A stretch of DNA of 64,000 bases from the human T2T-CHM13v2.0 reference genome, Homo sapiens (GCF_009914755.1 NC_060933.1); one strand, 5' to 3'. Positions 1 to 13,170 are shown, numbered from the stretch's first letter. Translations and numbers: made by a program. The notes: generated by a model not told the origin, from the sequence alone.

Positions 1-269
<269 letters not shown>

Positions 270-1000
270 AGTGGTGCTGGATGGGTGGTGGCCAGGTGAC
301 ATTTTCTGTGCGTTTTGACCCTGAGGCATCTGAGGAGAGGCCACATCTTGTGTATGCCCTTTCCTTCTGTTTGACAAAGTGACTGTGCTTGATTCTATAC
401 ATTAGCAATAAAAACATAACTTATTTAACTTCTTGCACTTCACTGGAAAATGCCAAATAGCTCTGTTCTGTGGCTTTAGTGCTGAATGTTTATTGTAAAA
501 GAGAGTCTAATGTTAAGAATAGTCTTGGGAAGGCTGGGTCCGTGGAAGATTTATTTGGGGATGTAAAGCTGAAGGTCAGCCTTGCACCTAAACCCAACCT
601 GGAATGTTAAATGAAATAATATACTTGAATGCAATTTTGTAAAAGTGGATTCCTCAGGATATGTGAAACCTAAAGGAAGTGGTTCTGTTGCAAATGGACT
701 ATAAACAGGGACATTATATTCTTACACTAAAAATCCTTGCATTTTAAAGAGAGATGCACTTAAGAATAGAGTGAACTGCTCATATGCTTATTTAAGCTTG
801 GACAGTTTTCAGAGACAAACCCCATTAAGAATTACTCTTTTCACATGGCTGAATCGAAACATGTGTAATGTCAATGTAAAACCAATCACAGCTGTGAACT
901 GCATGAAATGTATTGTGAAACGAACACAAGATTAAGCTTTGTCAGGTTAATGTAGCATGTTAAGGACTCTAGAAAAAAATAAACTAAGGAGACGAGCGTG
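270..1000 (+). other. DMRT3: DMRT3 3'UTR
   Basis: Repeat-free AT-rich sequence after the stop with ATTTA elements. AATAAA at 407-412 and 978-983. Confidence 0.75.
978..983 (+). terminator. Likely main polyadenylation signal of DMRT3
   Basis: AATAAA with several upstream TGTA motifs and a downstream GT/T-rich tract (gtggtttatgtcatttctacttgtgg). Confidence 0.7.
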
Positions 1001-1187
1001 GTTTATGTCATTTCTACTTGTGGAAAGAGGATCTCTAAAAATAGAAACTTGATGTAAAAATGACTTTTACTAACGCATGGGCCAGGAATCAAATTATCAG
1101 TTAAATGAGACATTCCTGAGAAATATGAATGGCAAAGTTTTAGGGTTGCATTCAGAAAGATAATTTGTTCAAAATGGAGTTAATTCT

Positions 1188-1260
1188 CTCCATCCATTCA
1201 CTTATTCAACAGATACTTACTGAGTGCCTACTATGTGTAAGAGAATGTGCTTTCCATGTA
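1188..1260 (-). mobile_element. L2 3'-end fragment
   Basis: catccattcacttattcaacagatacttactgagtgcctactatgtg is the typical L2 tail in reverse. Confidence 0.65.
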
Positions 1261-2064
1261 TTGTCCAAGTTACCTACCCGTGAGTCCTAGATAAGCAGAT
1301 ATTTTAGTGGAGAATCCCATTGAAAACAAAGTAAAAATGGAAAACTCCCAACAATGTATAGTTGAGTGTGGGAAGCAAGGAAAGTGCTTAGCCCAGTACC
1401 TGACATAGGAAGTATGCAGTCCATGAAAACTACTGCTTCTATTAATGAAATTCAGTAGCCTTGCATTCAGAATATAGACGTGCATTCCTTCATTCTTACT
1501 TGGAGACCATGCCATTCTGGTTTGAGGCAAAACATTGAAAACCAGGGCTTTTTTCTTTCGTTTTAAAAACATTCTTGAGGTGCTGTATATGACAAACTTC
1601 TTGCTCAGATTTTTTTTTTTAGAGAGAAGTTTCAAACAGTAACATTCAGTGGTGCTCACACCAACCACTTCTCTGACTTACTGTTTCCATTTTTCAAAGT
1701 GCTTGAAAGGTAAGATGACTGCTTAGGTCAGACAATAAACTTACAAATGTGGAAGGGAAAGTAAATAAGCAAATAAATAAAAGCCTCTACATGACAAGGA
1801 TGCAGAGAGAGCTCCCAGTGCAGGAATAAGTCTTAAAAGGTTCTTCGGTCCTCGGAGGGAGAAGGGCAAGTTCTCTCAGCCTGAGATGCTCCCCACCCTT
1901 GAATGGGTTCCCAAGAGAAGGGAGATATGTAAAAGAGCCTTCTCATTTTTAATTCCATTGGGCACTTTTGACATGAAAAACCTTTGAGGAGAAAAAATCC
2001 CCTGTATTAGTTGGACTACTATGTATTTAATTGACATAGTTACATACTAGAGTGTTTAAATACG

Positions 2065-2352
2065 GGCCAGGCATGGTGGCTCATGCTTATAATCCCAGCA
2101 CTTTGGGAGGCCGAGGCAGGCAGATCGCTTCAACTCATGAGTTTGAGACCAGCTTTTGTATTTTTGTCTCTACAAAAAATACAAAAATTAGCCAGGTGTG
2201 GTGGCATGTACCTGTAGTCCCAGCTACTTGGGAGGCTGAGGTGGGAGGATGGCTTGAGCTGGGGAAGCAAAAGTTGCAGTGGACAGAGATTGTACCACTG
2301 TACTCTAGCCTGGGCCATAGAGCCAGACCTTGTCTCAAAAAAAAAAAAAAAA
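2065..2352 (+). mobile_element. Alu (AluJ-like) with an internal inverted replacement
   Basis: Dimeric Alu with poly-A tail; the left-arm end is abnormal at 2154-2165. Confidence 0.95.
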
Positions 2353-2774
2353 GGGAAATATGGCTTCTTGTTAGGGTTATATTTAAACATTAATGTTTAT
2401 ATAAGGAAGAAAGGGAGTAGAAGGGAGAGCAGTTTGCCCCCTGATTCTAAAGACATGTCCAGGACATTTTATGTGGCAATGAAGTGCTGATGTCTGGACC
2501 TATCTAGGACAAATGTATTTTAAAGGCATCTTCATTGCAAAAGTTTACCCACATTTAACAAGCAATAATGATAATGTACCACAGCACCTAAGCCAAGATG
2601 CTAAAAAGCCTGTCCTCAGATATTACATCTTCAGGTTGAACCACCCAAATTGAACAAAACCTCACTGATAACGGCATCCTTACAGCTTGATTTTGCCTAT
2701 AAATAATTATCATTGGCCTCTCTATGATGGCCAGCAAAATGGAATTATCTGTAAAGCAATTTATTTGTGGGCTA

Positions 2775-3170
<396 letters not shown>

Positions 3171-3644
3171 TCAGAAATGAGAAACTGGGTGTTAAGATCC
3201 TCTGTCCTCCCAGCATTCAGTTTTACTCCGAGTCCCAATTTATGAGCCCCCTCTGGTTAAAGAGGCAAACCTCTTGGATTCTAACTCAGCTCTCAGAGAC
3301 CATCCTGTTGCAGCACGTAGAATTCAAGGGAAATGAATACTCATCTGCCCACAGGTACTCAGTTATTCTTTCACATGAAACTGAACATCTGGAAGAAGAG
3401 AAAAACCAACTTCTGTTTTAATTCCTTCTGTCACACAGGCAACATCTGGGGGCCGGGCTAGGCTGTACACTTTCAGTTTCCATCAACTGATGTTTGACTT
3501 GTGTCAATCCGGTCTTAGAGGAAGTTAATCCACATTAAACCACAATGCCTCTCCTCCCTTCTGGTGGATCTGCCAACTCCTAGTGTTGGTGTAAATGCTT
3601 TGTCTAAGATGCTGAGAGTGTGGGTTGGTTCGTTGTGTTCTAGA

Positions 3645-3800
3645 GCATTTGTGTCAAAGTGTGGTCCATGTACCCAGATGCTTAATTTCTAGGGTAGATT
3701 CCTGGGCCTGAGTTGTTGAGTCAGAATCCCTGGTAGCCTAAGCAGTACATTTTTATTGTCCTCTCCAGGTAATTTGTACACTCACTAAGATGTGAGAATG
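3645..3800. mobile_element. MER5-like hAT-Charlie MITE
   Basis: caaagtgtggtcc...gattcctgggcc...tcagaatc...ccaggtaatt resembles MER5A/B. Confidence 0.55.
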
Positions 3801-4605
3801 AACTTCCTCTTCGTCACATCCTTGGGTTTTCTTTTTAGATCTACACCACGTAAAAGGGCTGAAGGCCATAAACTTTTATGCTGAGATATTAAGTCCTTTC
3901 TCCCCCATTCCCACCTACTTTTCTAGGGCAAGGGTAAACATCAACATGTAAACAGTCCTAGTACATACCCTAGATCTAGTTCAAACAATGTTGGCATCAA
4001 TGTCAATTATTAGGTTGAGTATACATTTGGGATCAGACTTGCTTGTTTCTGGAAATTTGGTTGGTGAAGGACCTGATAAGAGCTTAAATGTGCTATTCTT
4101 TCCCCCAAGGGGAGGGCCAGAATTTTTGGCACTGCTGATCCTTCCGGCTGTCCCATGATTTTCAGTTTACTAGTGACATCTGGGAATAGGTTTTGCCCTC
4201 GAGATTTGAGCTTTAAGAAATAGCAACATTCTTGATGATGGGGGTGGGAGGAAGTAATTTTATAGATGAATTGAGAAGCAAGACATTTGTTAGGTACATG
4301 GATATGGTTGAAATTAACGGTAGGGCAACCTGGGGAGGCATCAGGCACCAGAGAAAAGGGGCAGTGATTCTGGACCACTGGTCCAGGCTGTTAAGTTGGT
4401 CAACAGGCTCCTAAGAGCCGAAGAACATTTCAAATGTATAAAAAGAAACAGGACTAGAGAAGGAGGTGTGAGGTGTAGCAGTCCTGTATTACCACACTTG
4501 CTCTTTAGGGACTCAACTCCCAAGGTCCCTAGCTTGCCCTAAGGATAGAGGGGATGGGAGGTGGTGGCAGAAGGAGCATCTTGGGAACATTTGTTGGGTG
4601 CCCAG

Positions 4606-4714
4606 AAAACAGGCTTTGACCGCATTTGAACTGACGTATTTGAAAAATGAACTTTATTTCACTGCATACTGTTTCAGTGATTCATTCTTTATATGTGCAT
4701 TTACTCAGCAGAAG
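4606..4714 (+). repeat. Dispersed 109-bp direct repeat, copy A
   Basis: Ungapped 88/109 identity to 12968-13076 by manual alignment. Confidence 0.85.
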
Positions 4715-5449
4715 TGAGTCAAAAATAAGATGGATGCTAAATTTGTATGTTAATTTTAATATGGAAGCTAGCCTATATTTGAAGAATAAGATCAATGCTT
4801 CAATTTCATTTCTTATGTGGTACTGAACGTTGTCATTACCGGAAAAAAATCATTTCTGAATGCATCCTCCCCAAATTCTAATCTCAGAGGACAGAGGAGG
4901 CTCAGGAGAGGCAATCTTGCCTTTTGTTGATGGTCTATTCTGGACATGCTTCAACGTTCCCACAGTATCATTTACTATTTCAGTGTGAAGGGTAAATAGG
5001 AAAGGTAGTGGTTTTCCCTTAAATTACAATGGAGTTTATTTACTAATTAGATTCTGAGAGTTTGCCGAGATTGTTAGGTTATGTCAAGAGTTTCATATAT
5101 CCCATGGGCAAAGCCACTGGACTTAACCAAAAGTAAACAGCAGCTGTTGAGAAAAATTATCCCTTCCGAAGACTTGAGTCACTGCTTGTTGGTTTTAGAC
5201 CATGACCTCACCCTGCCACTGTGATTTAAATGAAAGATTCCTAAGATCTGTGGAAGTATCTCTGTCTCCTAGCCAAATATGGCAGAACCAGATGTGTGGT
5301 GGTTTCTATAGAGGGAGGGTGGGTGAATTAAACGTGGGACCTTTCTCAGCCCCAGGGGCTGCTATGACAATACCAGTGGGCTCTGTCCTCACTAGCAGCC
5401 TGCTGGCTGTCCATTGCAGCCCCTGGCTTTCCTTATTGCTTCTGCCTTC

Positions 5450-5595
5450 AGGGATCACTGGGTGAAATAGGCTGCTGTGGAGGCTGTCCATTTTGTGTAT
5501 TGCACCAAGGGGTCCAGCCAAGGAGCAAGTGGGGCCTCAGATCCAGAGTGGGTACCCTTTTCAAATTTGTCAGACCAGAAAAGGTGCTGTTTTAG
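5450..5595 (+). mobile_element. MER91-like DNA transposon remnant
   Basis: tgtgtattgcaccaaggggtccagccaaggagcaagtggggcctcagatccag resembles MER91. Confidence 0.4.
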
Positions 5596-6054
5596 GAGAA
5601 GCCTTTTTCTACTCTGCTCAAAGGTACACTAAAACCTAGCAGAGACCCTAGAGAAAGAGAGAGAAAGAAAAAACAATGAGTTGCTAGAGAACAGTTTGAG
5701 CATTGAAAGGAATACTGTGGAAGCCATGGATAAATAAATCTTCATCAACCTATCTCCTTTGGCCTGTCCCCTTTGAGAAAATAGGAAGTAGTTTCAATTT
5801 TCAAAAAAATCTCACTCAATGGACTTGAGATTAGAAATGGAGGGAGATGTTGGAAAGGGAGCTGGAAGAACTAGCCTTTATTGAGTATCTACTACCTGCA
5901 TCTGTTAGGTCAGCCCACCATTCTGACCTCAGTATATCTCTAAGGATTGTCCCTGATCTAAAACCAGCTCAGGCCACCAGCAACCAGGTGGGCATATATC
6001 ATTTAGGGCTGCCTGAGTAGACAACAGCATATGTAAAACAACACAAATGAATGA

Positions 6055-6393
<339 letters not shown>

Positions 6394-6705
6394 GATTTAT
6401 GCAGTTTTCTATCTTCAAGATAGCTCTGTGAGCCAGCCTGTCTGCATATCTCTTAATACAGTAATATTTGAGATTCACTGCAGATCCTGAATCTTCAAGA
6501 AACATTATGTGTAATGCAGCTTAGTATTAAAGATATCTTACTGTATCCAGAGTTTTGAGAATTGGAATAATGCTTTGTATACCACTGCTTATACCCTTAG
6601 AGAAAATCTTATGAATCCAACACTGATTTAGTCAAATTAGTAATTCAAAGCACCTGCTAGGTATTATTTTGAAACATTATCTGAAACCAATCCAAATGCA
6701 AATTA

Positions 6706-7056
<351 letters not shown>

Positions 7057-7138
7057 CCGATTCTACCCAGAATCCCACATTGTCCAAAAGTGGTTTGGAA
7101 TTAAGTGAACACAGGAGCAAGCATTTAAAAAGCACTTA

Positions 7139-7419
<281 letters not shown>

Positions 7420-7610
7420 AAAAAGCACTTATTCTGTGCTAGCCATTATTAACATCTATTAACTCATTTAATCCTCTCAACAACCACATGAAGTCAGTAG
7501 ATTACCATTCCCATTTCGTAGATGAGGAAGCAAAGAAGTAACTTTCTCAAGGTCAACTACCAGGAAGGGTCACGTGGATGTGGGCTTCGGTCTCTCTCAG
7601 GACTTTGGAT
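7420..7610 (-). mobile_element. MIR
   Basis: ctcatttaatcctctcaacaacc...cccatttcgtagatgaggaagc...tcaaggtca is the MIR core. Confidence 0.75.
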
Positions 7611-7797
7611 CCAGTTTACGGTCTCGGAGTTCACAGGGCTTTTTGGAGCCCCTGGACCTTTGCCCAGCCGCCTGGCTTCCTCCTGGGCCCGAAGACACCT
7701 CCATGAGAGGTGGGAGGTGCGGCCGTGGCTGTCGAGGGCAACCCCCAGGAGCCTGAGAGGACGTGGCGTGAAACCCTGTGGGTTAGAGCGACCCGCA

Positions 7798-8581
7798 CCT
7801 TCCGTTTCCCGGAGCCGCCTGCGTGAATGTTCTTCCCGGCTCTGCTGCCCCCTGGAGGCTAGTGGAGGTAAATGCGTGAAGTCGGCGTTTTCCCTCCTTC
7901 CGTTTCCCGGAGCCGCCTGCGTGAATGTTCTTCCCGGCTCTGCTGCCCCCTGGAGGCTAGTGGAGGTAAATGCGTGAAGTCGGCGTTTTCCCTCCTTCCG
8001 TTTCCCGGAGCCGCCTGCGTGAATGTTCTTCCCGGCTCTGCTGCCCCCTGGAGGCTAGTGGAGGTAAATGCGTGAAGTCGGCGTTTTCCCTCCTTCCGTT
8101 TCCCGGAGCCGCCTGCGTGAATGTTCTTCCCGGCTCTGCTGCCCCCTGGAGGCTAGTGGAGGTAAATGCGTGAAGTCGGCGTTTTCCCTCCTTCCGTTTC
8201 CCGGAGCCGCCTGCGTGAATGTACTTCCCGGCTCTGCTGCCCCCTGGAGGCTAGTGGAGGTAAATGCGTGAAGTCGGCGTTTTCCCTCCTTCCGTTTCCC
8301 GGAGCCGCCTGCGTGAATGTTCTTCCCGGCTCTGCTGCCCCCTGGAGGCTAGTGGAGGTAAATGCGTGAAGTCGGCGTTTTCCCTCCTTCCGTTTCCCGG
8401 AGCCGCCTGCGTGAATGTACTTCCCGGCTCTGCTGCCCCCTGGAGGCTAGTGGAGGTAAATGCGTGAAGTCGGCGTTTTCCCTCCTTCCGTTTCCCGGAG
8501 CCGCCTGCGTGAATGTTCTTCCCGGCTCTGCTGCCCCCTGGAGGCTAGTGGAGGTAAATGCGTGAAGTCGGCGTTTTCCCT
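7798..8581. repeat. GC/CpG-rich minisatellite, 98-bp unit x 8 exact-length copies, one CTCF motif per unit
   Basis: Unit ccttccgtttcccggagccgcctgcgtgaatgttcttcccggctctgctgccccctggaggctagtggaggtaaatgcgtgaagtcggcgttttccct. The only differences seen are T>A at 8223 and 8419. Confidence 0.98.
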
Positions 8582-10390
8582 CCGCCTGTTAGTCCTCCTC
8601 ATTCATCTCTCGGCCAAACCAGAAAGATGTGAGGGTATTTCAAAGATATCTTTGCTATATTTTATTTCACTCAAATTCAAGGATCCCTCTCCCAGGACAG
8701 CTGTGACTACAGACCATGGGATTCACATCCTCCCACCCCACGGCGCAGGACCGGCAGGGGATCTCCAAGAAGCCCCTAGCCTATGGGTCGCTGAGACCCT
8801 CCTAGAAGTTTCAGCCTGGCTGATGACATGCATGTGTGTTGACCACGGCTTGCGGATTAAACTCAGATATGAATTATCTAATGCCGCCATGGAGGAAATG
8901 TAATGTTAAGACCCAACTTTATTAAAACTGCTAGGCAAATAATAGAATGCCAGGAAAACCATTTCAGCCATAGTTTCTCCAAGGGGCGCCTATGACTCAC
9001 TGGATCTGGAATCCCCTGAAGTGTCTGTTCAAACAATTTAGATTCTTAATCCATCTTTAAACCTTCTCAACCAGAACTTCTGGGAGGGGATATCTCCCTC
9101 CCTCCCAGGAATCCACAATTGCAATGAGAACCTTGAAGTCCACTCCTGTCCAGGGAACAGCCTTAGAGAACTCAGGCCCTCCAGTGAAGGAGGAAAAGAC
9201 AAATCTAGTTGTAATACTTGAAGTATATTGCTCATCTGTAAATTACCCACCCAGGTGAATAAAACACTCTCTCAGGGTAAAAGCACATGTGAATTTGTCC
9301 AAATCATTGTAATAAGGCTCCTGGGGGTGGGGGGTGGTTAACATCAGTGATCAGCAGCAACTAATAATACTAACTACATCATCCCCACAGGGCTTGGGGT
9401 GCAAGGACAGTTATTTGCCCTTCATAGTTATGGATTGGTTCGATCAATTAAAAGAAAAATTACCCAAAGAGAATTTTTCTTTTTTTAAACTCAGAGTGAG
9501 ACCCAGTCAGTAAGCATTTTGAACTGTGGGTGGAGGACCCAGTTGCCTTACAAGTGTGCCTTTGAAGGAGGAGGAGGAAGAGAGGAAGAAAGGAGAAGTG
9601 AAGACGGAGACTCTCTTTGGGCAAAGCGGGGCTTTCAGCACGTTCGGTGGTACAGCTCTGACCCTGGCCAATCATGGCACTGACCTATGCCACCATATGG
9701 GGGTGGATCGAGGTGGGTGGTGGCATCTGGGATCTCTGCTTGGCTTCCCGGTTGAAAGGAATATCCTCTGCAGCTCCACCGGGGAGCAGGGCGGACAAGG
9801 TGAGATAGTTAAGTCTACAGGAAGGAGGGAGGATTGTGGTTTCTGAGCTGGCCTCCCTCTCCCAAGGGGTGGGAGGGAGGCCTGGAGCAACCTCAGCTGA
9901 GATCCATTAGCTCCGGCCCCCACCAGAAGCACGGGCATGATGAGTGTTTGGAGGACAAGGGAAGTGAGCCCACCTGTGCCTGGGAGCAGCAGCATCTGCT
10001 GCAGCTATTATGGCAGGGAGAGGAAAGGGCACTGCAAAAGCCAGCGCGGCCTGCAGAGGATACACCCATAGGTAGTGGGCTTGACCCTCAGTGAGTAGAA
10101 GGGATAGGGAGAATAAAATGCATTCCCGTTGTGGCCTAAAGGCCTCCCAACTGGAAGGAAGCCAGGCAAGCCTGACCAGACAGCGGGTTCCAGTGGCCAT
10201 TTGCCCAGGAGAGTAGCCACTCTGTGGGTGGGATCAAGTCCTTCCTACAGCATCGCATACAGTTATTCACACACCAGAGCTTTGGTGACTTGTTCTGAGC
10301 CTAGCTGGACCCAGATACCTTTGTTTTCCAGTTTTCCTGATAAATTAGCGCCAAAGAAGGAAGAGCTCATTAATCAACTGTCTTGGTCCA

Positions 10391-10487
10391 TATATAAGAC
10401 ACCAGTTAAACTTGAATTTCAGATAATCAGTGAATAATTTTTTATCATAAGGATGTCCCAGGCTGAATTTGTATAGGTATATATTTT

Positions 10488-10531
<44 letters not shown>

Positions 10532-10743
10532 ACTATGTCCAGGGAATAGTATGTAAGTATAATATATAATACTGATACATGTAGCATATGATATAATACT
10601 TATATAATATTCCCTGGACATAATTATGCTCTACAATATATGTATGGCCTATACATACTTATACTAAAAAATTATCCATTGTTTATCCAAAGTTGAATTC
10701 AACTGGGCATCCTATGTTTTTGTTAGCTAAATCTTGTAACCCT
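10391..10743. mobile_element. MER53 palindromic MITE with an expanded central loop
   Basis: Left arm ccagttaaacttgaatttcagataa...gaataattttt...atgtccca; right arm catacttatactaaaaaattatcc...aactgggcatcct...taaccct. Confidence 0.8.
10490..10530. repeat. (TG)16 followed by a (TA)n microsatellite
   Basis: Direct reading of the sequence. Confidence 0.95.
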
Positions 10744-10829
10744 ACCGGAAGCGATGTGTCTGTGGTATGACTATAGCTGTCGCCTTGGTCATGTCCCTGC
10801 AGTTAAGAAAACAGGAAAGCTGAAGTGGT

Positions 10830-10995
10830 AACAAAATGGGCTGAAGGCCTAATCCAGCCCTCAGGTGTATTTTGTTTGATTAGTACAGAGTTTTTGTTTT
10901 CATTTTCAAGTAATTGCCAACATTGAAAAATCCAGAGATCTCACGTATGCACCGAGTGTTTAGGCATTTCTGGAAAAGGTGGAAGATCTGTCAAT
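10830..10995 (+). mobile_element. MER102-like hAT-Charlie fragment
   Basis: gccaacattgaaaaatccagagatctcac...ggaagatctgtcaa. Confidence 0.45.
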
Positions 10996-11410
10996 ATCGT
11001 ATGGAAACAAATTAGATGTTCCCTGTCTTGGTCTCACTCATTTGTGCTTCTTTCCTGTAGCTGAATTTGGGACAGATCCATGTAGGGTATTCAATTCCCT
11101 AAAATTTTCCCTAGAACAGGGAGGAACTTTTTTTGGGGTGCTGGAATCCCTGAGTGCCTGTTGAGCCTGACCAGGCTGATCTAAAGCAGGAGGGCTCTTT
11201 ACCCCTCACCCTCGACGTCTGACCTGGAGACTTGCTCCTTATAAGGCTTACATGTGACCTGGGACAGGTCCCTTGCTTCTCCCAGGGTCTCTATTTTCAT
11301 CCCTAAAACAAGGGGACAACTATCCATGTTTCCCAACTTTTTTGTACCAAAAGTTCTGTTTTGTCAACCTTATGCCACTGTGGTTCCAGTTTTTGCTTGT
11401 TTGTTTGTTT

Positions 11411-11511
11411 TATAGAATGGTTCACAAATTTGTGAGTCATCCTTGCTCAGGGCCACGCTAATGTTCTCTCTGTCATTCCGATTTTGGTATGTGTGCTGCT
11501 GAAGCGAGCAC
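11411..11511 (-). pseudogene. Full-length U6 snRNA retropseudogene (RNU6-xP; possibly RNU6-1073P, recalled and unverified)
   Basis: Reverse complement gtgctcgcttcagcagcacacataccaaaatcggaatgacagagagaacattagcgtggccctgagcaaggatgactcacaaatttgtgaaccattctata aligns end to end with U6 and is followed by an A-rich tail (11390-11410). Confidence 0.92.
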
Positions 11512-11704
11512 ATGGACCCGATGTTTTCAAAGATCTGTCTACCCAAGCAAATGACATATGTTACAAACAGCCTGTAAGTTCTGGCCTGCCTGAAAGCTAA
11601 CTGGTTTCATCACACCACATGGGTCAAATTCCCTCTAAAAGCAAAACCATTTTGTAAGCTCCTGTAACCTTGCTGAAAATAGGAATGCCTTTAAAGCCAG
11701 TAAG

Positions 11705-12340
11705 GGCTGGGTGGGGTAGCCTAGGTTACACTTCACTAACACACTCCAAAATTTCAGTGGTTTAACACATAAAGGTTTATTTTAAAACTTTAACCCGTGC
11801 AGAATCTGCCATGGGTTTGGCAGCTCTTTAGGCAGTGACACAAGAATTGTTTCCTTTTTTTTTTTGAGACAGAATCTCACTCTGTCGCCTAGGCTGGAGT
11901 GCTGTGGCATGATCTCGGCTCACAGCAACTTCCGCTTCCCAGGTTCAAATGATTCTCCTGCCTCAGCCTGCTGAGTAGCTGGGATTACAGGCATGCACCA
12001 CCATACCTGGCTAGTTTTTTATAGTTTTAGTAGAGACGGGGTTTCACCATGTTGGACAGGCTGGTCTTGAACTCCTGACCTTGGGCGATCTGCCCTCCCA
12101 AAATGCTGGGATTACAGCCACTCTGGCTTTAGTTTCCTTCTTTACTGTGGCTTGACCATTTCCACACGTGGTTTTCCTGGCAGGGGAGGGTGTGCTGGTG
12201 GGCTTTCCAGGGCCTCACCTCTGCTCACATTTCATTGGCTGGATCCAGTGCCATGGCTTCACTTAGAGGAAAGGGCTAGGAGGTAGAGTTTTCTGCATGC
12301 CTGGGAAGCTGTGGAGAAAAGCATACAATGAAACTAAGAG
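11705..12340 (-). mobile_element. MLT1-family (MaLR) LTR remnant split by an Alu
   Basis: ccaaaatttcagtggtttaacacataaaggtttatt and tctgctcacatttcattggc motifs. Confidence 0.55.
11855..12127 (-). mobile_element. Alu (AluS)
   Basis: Reverse Alu with small deletions. Confidence 0.92.
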
Positions 12341-12493
12341 GTGACACCACAGGGACATGAGCCCTTTCAGTTCCAAAATCCTACATTCTGTCATTCTTCA
12401 GAGTGGTCACATGGTGTGGTCTGTAGATACACTGGCTTGACCTTTAAGATGACTGACTGCTGTCAAGCAGAACAGATGCTACAGATATGTTGA

Positions 12494-12845
<352 letters not shown>

Positions 12846-12869
12846 TAACTTTTATTTTGTGTGCGTGTA

Positions 12870-13170
12870 TCGACTCAACTTATCTTCACAGCAGCCCTAA
12901 AAGGTAGGTACGTTTTTTATTGCTCCTGTACTATTTTTTTTTAACAGGAACTGTTTCATAGATTTTAAAAACAGGCTCTGTCTTCACTTGAACAGATATA
13001 TTTGAAAAATGAACTCGAGTCCACTGTGTGCTGTTTCAGTGATGCATTCTTGATACATGCATTTTCCCAGCAGAAGGCCCAGAATCACTAACACGCTGCT
13101 TCAGGGTCACACAGTTGCTGTGGGGAGCTGGATTTCCCCCTGAGAGTCACATCCGAGAGCCCATCTTGGG
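12870..13170 (-). mobile_element. MIR interrupted by a ~120-bp non-MIR insert
   Basis: tcttcacagcagccctaaaaggtaggta...caggaactg [insert] aggcccaga...agggtcacacag...gagctggattt...agagcccat. Confidence 0.6.
12968..13076 (+). repeat. Dispersed 109-bp direct repeat, copy B
   Basis: Ungapped 81% identity to 4606-4714. Confidence 0.85.

Noticed and set aside
7798-8581. CRISPR-like array or family of repeated 67-aa ORFs
   Set aside because: Units are contiguous with no unique spacers and no cas genes. The ORFs are a by-product of a 98-bp (non-triplet) period.
8974-8992. Additional CTCF-like half matches (also ~14815, ~34935, ~59455)
   Set aside because: Mismatches at high-information core positions; not supportable without PWM or ChIP data.
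10645-10670. miR-1302 family gene in MER53
   Set aside because: The seed-bearing 5' end of the mature sequence is replaced and the precursor loop is expanded by ~190 nt.
11411-11511. Functional U6 gene
   Set aside because: Multiple substitutions including the core (gagaacattagcgtgg), an A-rich tail instead of a T-run terminator, and no evident upstream TATA/PSE.
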